A DNA stretch of 64,000 bases from Amoebophrya sp. A120 (taxonomy: Eukaryota; Protista; Dinoflagellata): assembly GCA_905178155.1 (NCBI GenBank), contig CAJINV010000001.1, positions 1,539,904-1,603,903 of the forward strand, given 5' to 3'. Below, piece after piece: positions 56,614 to 64,000 of the stretch. Position 1 is the first letter of the stretch; each line of letters starts with the position of its first letter. The position numbers were made by a program, and so were the translations under genes. The notes below the pieces were generated by a model, which was not told the DNA's origin, did no database searches, and was given only the letters and a program-made list of their open reading frames with translations.

Positions 56614-59600
56614 CTACAAAACGTCAATGCGCTGGAAGAATCTGGTCACGAAGGCATCGCATCGGTCGTCAACGACCAGTTGGTGTGGGAAACGCTTGTG
56701 ATCTGTCCACAGTGGCCTCAAAGTCACACTCCGTCCGGCAAGGAAAGTCGAAGTGATGCTGATGTGATGGCGGCAATCAAGAAGTCAAAATTGGGTTGAG
56801 GAAATCGTGACTCATGGAAGATTCGCGCTGTCAGGATTGGATGAAAAATAACACAAACAGGTCGGATGCATGAGTATTACAAATGAACAGGTAGCAAGCA
56901 GTGACGTATACTTTTCCGATAGGTAGCCGGTGGCAGGAGCAGGCGTGGTAGCATCTTCCCCAACTCCCGGCTTTTTCTTGGGGCTTTCGTCGCTCTTATT
57001 TGCCTTACTAGTAGTCTGGGTTGTAGTTGTACTCCTCTTGTCAATAGATGAAGTTGCGCCGGCCTCAAAAGCCTGCGTACTAGCTTGCTTCTTTTTGTTG
57101 CGTTTCTTCTTTCTTTTGCTGCTTGCGAAGAGAAAATCGTCGTCGTCAGAGGCTGCGGTTGCTTCTACGGCTGAAGTCGTACTACTAGGTTTGACAGCAA
57201 CTGCAGTTGCGCTGGTCGTTCCACCACCAGCTGCAGTCCCATCTACTTCTTCTTTGTCCACTCCGTCTTCTTTACAGCTGTGTTTCTTTTTGCTCCAGCC
57301 GTTCGAAAGACAGTCCTTCATTGGAGAATTCACGAGCACGCGAAGGCAATTTTTCGCGCACATATTCGGGATGGCGCAGAAAGGGCTCACCTGCAAGCTC
57401 GTCCCGAATACAAATAACAAATCCGCCAGTTCCCCTTGGTGCTGGGAAGACCCGGGGACCCGCGGACTGGCCGCTGTGGAGGACGAGTCCGGGGATGAGG
57501 GCTCTAGGTGGGTGTAGTGTCGAAAGTCGGGGGTTATGTCGCTATTTATATTTGCATTTGCTCCGGGCGAGATCGAGAAACTACTTGTGCTTGCGCCTCC
57601 GGCTGCTCCATAGTTCGAAAAATTGCTACTCGCGGAGGAAAAAACGCGGCCCCGTTGCTGTAGTGCGGAAGAAGAATTTAAATTTTGCCCAGCACCACTG
57701 CGCGCTGCGACGGTAGAAAAGGAGGGCGGTGGACTGTGGTCCTGGAAAAGTTTTTTCGGTTTCGGGTGGTTCGGGTGCTGCTGGTGCCCATGTTGTCCAT
57801 GATGACCGTGATGATGGTGCTTATTGCCATTCCCTCCGTGATGCCCATGGTGATGTCCGTGTTTCCCCCCGGAGGGCAAACTACTTCGGTTGCTTTTCGG
57901 GCTAGCACCGCCGCCGAAGTCTTCGATCAAGCAGTCGTCCAACCGGCGAGGCAGGGGATCACCGTACAAAACCAGAGACTGGGGGTGTCGCAGGCTCCCG
58001 TGACACTCGACAATGCGATTCGGGGGGAGTAGCGGCACTGAGTGTTTCTTCTTTTTCTTGCGCGCCGACCCGTGGGGCGTGTCGCCAGGAGGGTGGGAGG
58101 AGGAGGATTGCTGGAGGAGTAGCTTCTTCGGAGTTGGGGACTGTCGTGATGTAGTTTTAGATCGATTTTTGGGTCTTGGCCGAGCTCAAGGTCGTGAGGG
58201 TACAGATGCTGTTTGTCGTTTCAAGAATTAGTATGCATTGGGCAGATGAAATCACGACCGAGAAATACTTGGAACAAAATTCTTTACCATAAGATACGGA
58301 TGGCGGAAGTCTTTTTTCCCCCGGCCAGGGGAAGCTGCAGAAGCCGTAGCGGACTCTGCTTGGCAAGTACTCGGCTTTCCGGAAAAGAGACTGCAAATCT
58401 TTCCGAGCAGGTTTGCAGGAGGCTGCAGTTTTTTGGGCGTGCACTGCATCGCATATTTCCGAATGTTGGGCGTGGTGGATGTTGTAGTTGCATCCCGCCG
58501 CGCCTCGTCGTTCAATTGCCCATGTTGATCCTCTACCTTCTGCGACTCCTGCAGCGCTTCGAAGGCTTCTTGAATCCTCGTCTCCAGCAACGGCAGGATG
58601 TCCATGGTTTCGTCGAACCGTTCGTCCTCGAACAAGTGCTTCAAGGCCTGGGTGTGCAGCCCGTCAATGTTCTGGGTGTAGACTCGCCGCAGAAAGCCGT
58701 GCTGCTGCAGCCAGCCGCAGAAAAGGTGGGTCAAGGACGGTCGCGTCGTGTCTAAATCGGGAGCTGAGGAGGAGGAGGAGCAGTTCGAACGGGGCGTTTC
58801 TAGGTCCAGCTGCTCGACGACGTGAGCAGCGGGGTCATTAACGCAGCTGTTTTGGTTTTCGCCCCCATCATCTTTCGCCTTGTCTACCCTGCTCTCCTCA
58901 CCGTCTCCTGCGCAGGAAGTTGCAGAACTGAAGCTCGTGTTCATCTCTTGTGGATTTTTCATCTTTTGGCTAGTTTTGTTCTTTGGGCCCTCCCGCTTCT
59001 TGTTCGTTGACGCAGTACCTTTCTTACTTTTCGAAGTGGCACTAGGCCCTTCTTCAACAAGTTTATTGACAGCAACCACAGATGTTAAATTTGTCGCGTC
59101 GTCTGGCGAGGAAGTAGTGGGGGAAGAGGTGGCCGAGGATGACGAGCTAGAAGACGAAGAACTGGATGAGCTACTGCTTGACGATGAGTTCGAAAACAGG
59201 TGCATCTCCTTCAACAACGCTAGCACGTCCTTTTCCCACACTTTCGGCCCGTATTTGTTGACAAACTGCCGGTTGAAAAACAAATCTGGCGCCTCCTGAA
59301 GCTCCGGAAACCGGTCGGTCAGGTCTCGGTTCTGACTAATCTTGTCAAACAGCCCGAAGGACTTGGAGCGAAAATCCGGAATCCCCACACTGGTCGACAC
59401 CCCGGCCCCGGTGAGAATGACGATGTTGCGAAACGTCCCCTCTGTGATAGCGTCGAAGAGCCACTCTTCCGTGATCTCTTCCGGAAAAAGAGAACCACTA
59501 CTTTCGTGATCGAAATTAGTAGCGTTGGAAAACCGGCTGTCCAAGTTGAGATGATCTCCAAAACCTTCCGAGCTGGCGGAAGAAGAAGAGCCAGCATGCG

Positions 59601-60777
59601 GGCCATCAAAGTCGTACGACGTTCTCGTGTACCTGTCCCGATCTGATTCGATGTTGTCTTGGTGTTCTTGGCCAATTACGTTGTCGCAGTAAAGATGACG
59701 AATGTTGTTCGCCGCGTTCTGTGTCTGCCCCGGACTTGTAGTTTCGCTCCCACACTTTGACTTTCCCTGATGCTCACCATAGCCACTTGCACCAGCAGGG
59801 TAGTAGTAATTCTCGGCGTCATCCTCGTGGTTGATAAAAGAGCCTCCTCCACTTGTGCTGTTGTCGAGTTCAAACAGCGTGCTCGTCGAAGAGCTGGACT
59901 TCTTCAGATTTTTGTTGTGAATCTGAAAATTCGCTTCTTCCGCTGCGAAATCGATGTCAATCTCGTCGACGAGCACCAAATGTGGATCGTCATTTTTTTC
60001 AGGGCTGGATTCCTCGACCTTCGTGTTCGTTTCTATTCCTTCCGGGCGGCTACGATCCCTAGTATCCGATGTTGCACCAGAGCAGGGATTCTGCTTCTTT
60101 TGTCCGTTTTCATTTTCAATATTAAGCTCTGCTCCATCATCCGCGGACGAGGTCCCTGTGGAGCATTCCTGGCGCTGCTCGTTAGCGCAAGTCGAGTTAG
60201 AGGCGCTAGTCGTGTCACTTGTGCTGCGCCGAATGTTCTTGTTGTATTGCGACGACGACGACGACGATTCATCGTCTACTTCCCGCGCCGACGCGCCAGC
60301 GCCCGCCGTCGCTGTAGAAGCATCATGGCTATTTACGTGTACGTACGATCCAGCTTCTGACGTAGTAGTACCCGATGGCGGCGAGAAGTTTTTTGCCACT
60401 GAGGGTTTAGTACTTCCTCCACCAGCTTCATCCGACCCTGTTGTAGGTTCAGATACTAACAACTTCTTCGGCGTTTTCTCTTCTGGGATCCCTAAAATTT
60501 CTGCTCGCATACGCTCCAGCGCGGAAAGTTTTTTCCGAGGCGCGTTGATGGTGGTCGTTGTAGCGCTAGTCGTCCCGGCCTGTGCCTGTGCTGGTCCGCT
60601 TTGTAGGGCGGCAGCTGAAGTATTCTTGTCTGTTGGTCCGGTATTTTTGGCGTTTTTTGGTGGTCCAGGAGCCACGACAGCACTGTCGGCCTTGGCAGTG
60701 CTCGTAGGAGCACCAGCTGCAGTTCCGGAATTCATTTTTGCCGAGCCTGGCCCTGAACGACGAGAACGAGGAGGCAT
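56614..60777 (-). CDS. Sir2-family NAD-dependent deacylase with large low-complexity insertions, ~1287 aa; exons approximately 60777-58288, 58140-56912, 56758-56614
   Basis: LTGAGVSTSVGIPDFRS, PSLTHLF, RVYTQNIDGLH, VECHGS, VLYGD, FGTSLQVSPF, DRCDAFV; two inferred GT-AG introns. Confidence 0.88.
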
Positions 60778-63700
60778 TTTTATCCTCTTGAAAAAGATAT
60801 TATACGAAAAATCAGTGCTTCAAAATACGACGTGATTCTGCTACTTGTACTTCATGAAAGAGATATAGTGCCTCTTATTGCGAAAACTGCGTTCCTCTCC
60901 AACGTCAATGGAGGAAACCATCTGCGCACCTTCTAAAACTTCTACTGAACAAGAACTGTGACTTACTACACTGGTACTGCTACAATGATGTGGTCTACTT
61001 AAAATCACACAGGAGGAGTCGCGATGCGAGCGCGACGAGATAATTCTTAACACCTGAATAAAACCGAACAGCATACAGTTGCACAGCGCAACGACAATAT
61101 GCACAAGAAATAAATGCTACACGTGCCACACCATTTTCGAGAAATTAATGGGAGTAAAAGATCGTCGGTGGCAGAGATCCCATTGCTAGTATGAGATGAA
61201 AGAAGGTATAGATATGGCTAAAAAATTCCTAGGTGTATCGAAAAGCTATATCCTTTATTCACATGCGAAGTACTGCCCTCGCGGGCGTTGTTTGTGATAG
61301 AGATCCCTTTCTCGTCGTCGTCCATGGTAAACAAACCCGACATAATAATGTCTCTACCGCAACTAGATGTAGTTGACAATTTGTCGGCGTTCCGGTGAGG
61401 TTTTTTCGTCAGCATTCTTTTTGGAGTTGCATCCAACCTTACAGGTTCATTTTGTGACATGCTCATTCAGTTGTGGTCGATCCAATCACACGGAAGATAA
61501 ATTATAGTCGACGTCATCTGTATTCTCACGCATTGAAATCAACACCTGAATCTTAATTTAAATGGCATTTCCATTATTTTCGGATATTAGAAGACTAATT
61601 TCATCGCAGATCCGTGAAGCAAGTAGGCCACAGCAGGATGCCCACGCTCGATGCTGCTACGTGTGGCTCCTGCATTCACAAAAGTGTAAGACCATACCGG
61701 AAGGAAATAGAAAACTTTTACCTTCAGGTCCTCAACTAGGGTTCATTTTTGAAGATAGAAACTTTTTGTCCCGGAGCTGTTGATAGTTGGTTCGCCGAAA
61801 TAGAAACGGGGAAGCTCCTCCACTTCTCTACTGGTACTGGTAAACCTTTGCACTCGTAATAGATTTGTTTCCAACATATTCAACTCTAGCCGTCGTTGTA
61901 AAAATCGTCGCTGGTTTCGCCACCGTTGTGCAGATTCCAATCAAGCAAATTTTGTCTTCGTACCCAATTGCTATTGCTCCTCGCGTGACGTAGTAAAACA
62001 CCTGGAAAATAGTTTGTATTTCTGGTGGCCTAGGTCTGAATCTGAAATCGCTTCACATGACAAGAGGTTTCTACTCGGGATATAATGCTGTATCAGAATG
62101 TAGTTGTCGATGTCGTCCTGTGCCGCTTCGCCGGATATTGAATCGTGCCAGGTGCTGCTGCTGCTCTTGTACAGATAATTTTTTTGGATTATGCGCCTCA
62201 ATGGTAATGGACAAGGAGATTATTTTCATCTCAAATTAAGCTACGAAGTTAATACGCTTCAAGTCGTCGGTCTTCACGGTGTAAAATTAAGTAGGGCGAT
62301 GAATCAATAAGGTGCCAACACTTCATCTCCGAGACATCGGGCAGCCAGATGTTGTCGCTGACCCGGAAAAATAGTCTCTTCCAATAAAATTGCACTAAAA
62401 TTATGTTGGTGACGCGCTACCGCTACAAGATTTTCGCGTACAAGAGTTATGTTATTTCAGGCAAGCTGTCAATCGAAGATGGCGTCACTGCTGGGTTGCA
62501 AAGAAAATAGTTTTTGGCTCGATTATTAGTCGTGCAGCTGCGACGTAAAAGCAATTTCAAGTCATGGAAAAGTCCAAAGATAAGATACGATAGTAGGTTC
62601 CGGAAAAAGTTATTGCTAGTGATTGTATTCGCTAAGGATGTTGTCTGAACGATTTAAGGTATTAAGTGTGTCTTGATTCTGATAGATAGTCTCAGTTTTG
62701 GTTTCTACTTTTACTTTTAGAAGTAGGTCGCTCGTCTCTAGGAAGTATGATTTCATCATGCTCCGCTTATCCGTTTTTTTTTTCGTTTACTGGAAATCTG
62801 GTCGATTTATGATCGTGCCTTGTTCATCATTTCAATCGGTAGATTCATTCACGCGCCTTCCGCCGCCGGGGCTCCGAAGCCGAGGTTAATGCCGATGCTC
62901 AACGGCTTCACGTGCAGGTTTCCCGCTCTTGATGCTGGGAGAAAATTTTGTCAATCCGGCTCTATTTCTCTACAACGTGCTCGACGTCCCATCGTTCATG
63001 ACCAATTTCACTTAGCGCGAACGTCAAGTGACCTCCTTTTCACTTTTGCGTTTGCCTTCCTGGCGCTCGCGTTGCCCTGTAAGAAACAGAATGGTAAAGG
63101 CGCACGGTCACTCAATCAAGTGGTGAAAATTATGAATGCCGTGGCTGTCTGCTGGTACATGTGTGGAAGAACAAGCCAGGGGACCACCACAACTAACAAA
63201 TAGACCGAGAGATATCTTCAACGGGATTGGCATCGATTTTTCAGGGAGGATAAAGCCATGCTGGCAGCCTGGATTCCGGATGTCAGGAGCGGGTCGAAGG
63301 AAGTTGCTGTAGGTATAGATTTCTGAACTTCGTAATCCTCTCAAAATTAAGCTCCTTGGCTTAGAATTGAAGACGCATGCAAATGCTGTAGTGCTGCTGC
63401 TCATTCAAGCACAGTAGACATGATCAATATTGCGACTCGCCTGTTGTACTATCTTGCTCAAGCCAAAAACGTATGAATAAAACACACAACCAAGTACACA
63501 GTCCCAGCCTGCTTTGACTCAGGGCCTGTTGGTAGGACTGGTGCGTCGCAAAGTTGTAGTCGTCACGCGGCAACCGCGGGAGCTGGACTTGCTGGTACTG
63601 CGCCGGGATTCAGTATCGATGTGCTGCAAAGCTGCGAGTCTCAGCCAGTACAGAAATCAACTTCATCAACTTGGACACCTTTTAGACACGTCGTGAAAAG

Positions 63701-64000
63701 AACCAAAAAGAGTATCACGACGAGTAATTATGTAGGTTTAACAAGTTGGTCTTGATTTCAATATAGGCTGATGGTGCTTTGAATCTATCATATCGAGGTC
63801 GTTTCGTCCCAGGCATGAACCACACTCTGCGTCATCGGGTCAAACGCATCACCGCTTTCGTGGACCTTAATTTTGAATTTTTTTCCTTTAGGTCGACAGT
63901 TCTAACATCACCAACATGGCATTGTTCCTTACGTCCAATTTCTTCCTCTTCCACTACAGAGAAGATGATGTTAACTCCCCACTACCAGTATAATTTGTAT

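Noticed and set aside
60850-64000. Short ORFs at the window end
   Set aside because: No recognisable motifs or coding-like composition; left unannotated, though a weak gene fragment cannot be excluded.

Overview
Compact eukaryotic (protist) genomic DNA. It holds about ten intron-containing genes: CCT8, a THOC2-like gene, an ABCA transporter, a sirtuin with no zinc-binding domain, a LicD-type phosphotransferase, a calcyphosin-like protein and several unknowns. The dominant feature is 20 short (109-385 bp) transposon-like inserts in at least 6 families. 19 of 20 run TAT...ATA (one has lost a terminal TAT); all have terminal inverted repeats (TIRs), a 5-bp flanking direct repeat and internal GCATGACAAA-like motifs. 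Nineteen interrupt coding exons, and removing the element plus one direct-repeat copy restores the reading frame in all 19. Only one can be read as GT-AG. They are therefore non-canonical introner-type introns, and they occur in both orientations relative to the transcript. This matches the invasive non-canonical introns published for the parasitic dinoflagellate Amoebophrya (taxon is my inference), so the class is probably known, but the rules inferred here are testable. Also present: an 18-bp G-rich satellite interrupted by an 816-bp TIR element, an AT-rich island, a GC-rich island with a tRNA-like head, and a small basic protein with a possibly virus-like domain. All gene models were assembled by hand from reading frames and lack transcript support.
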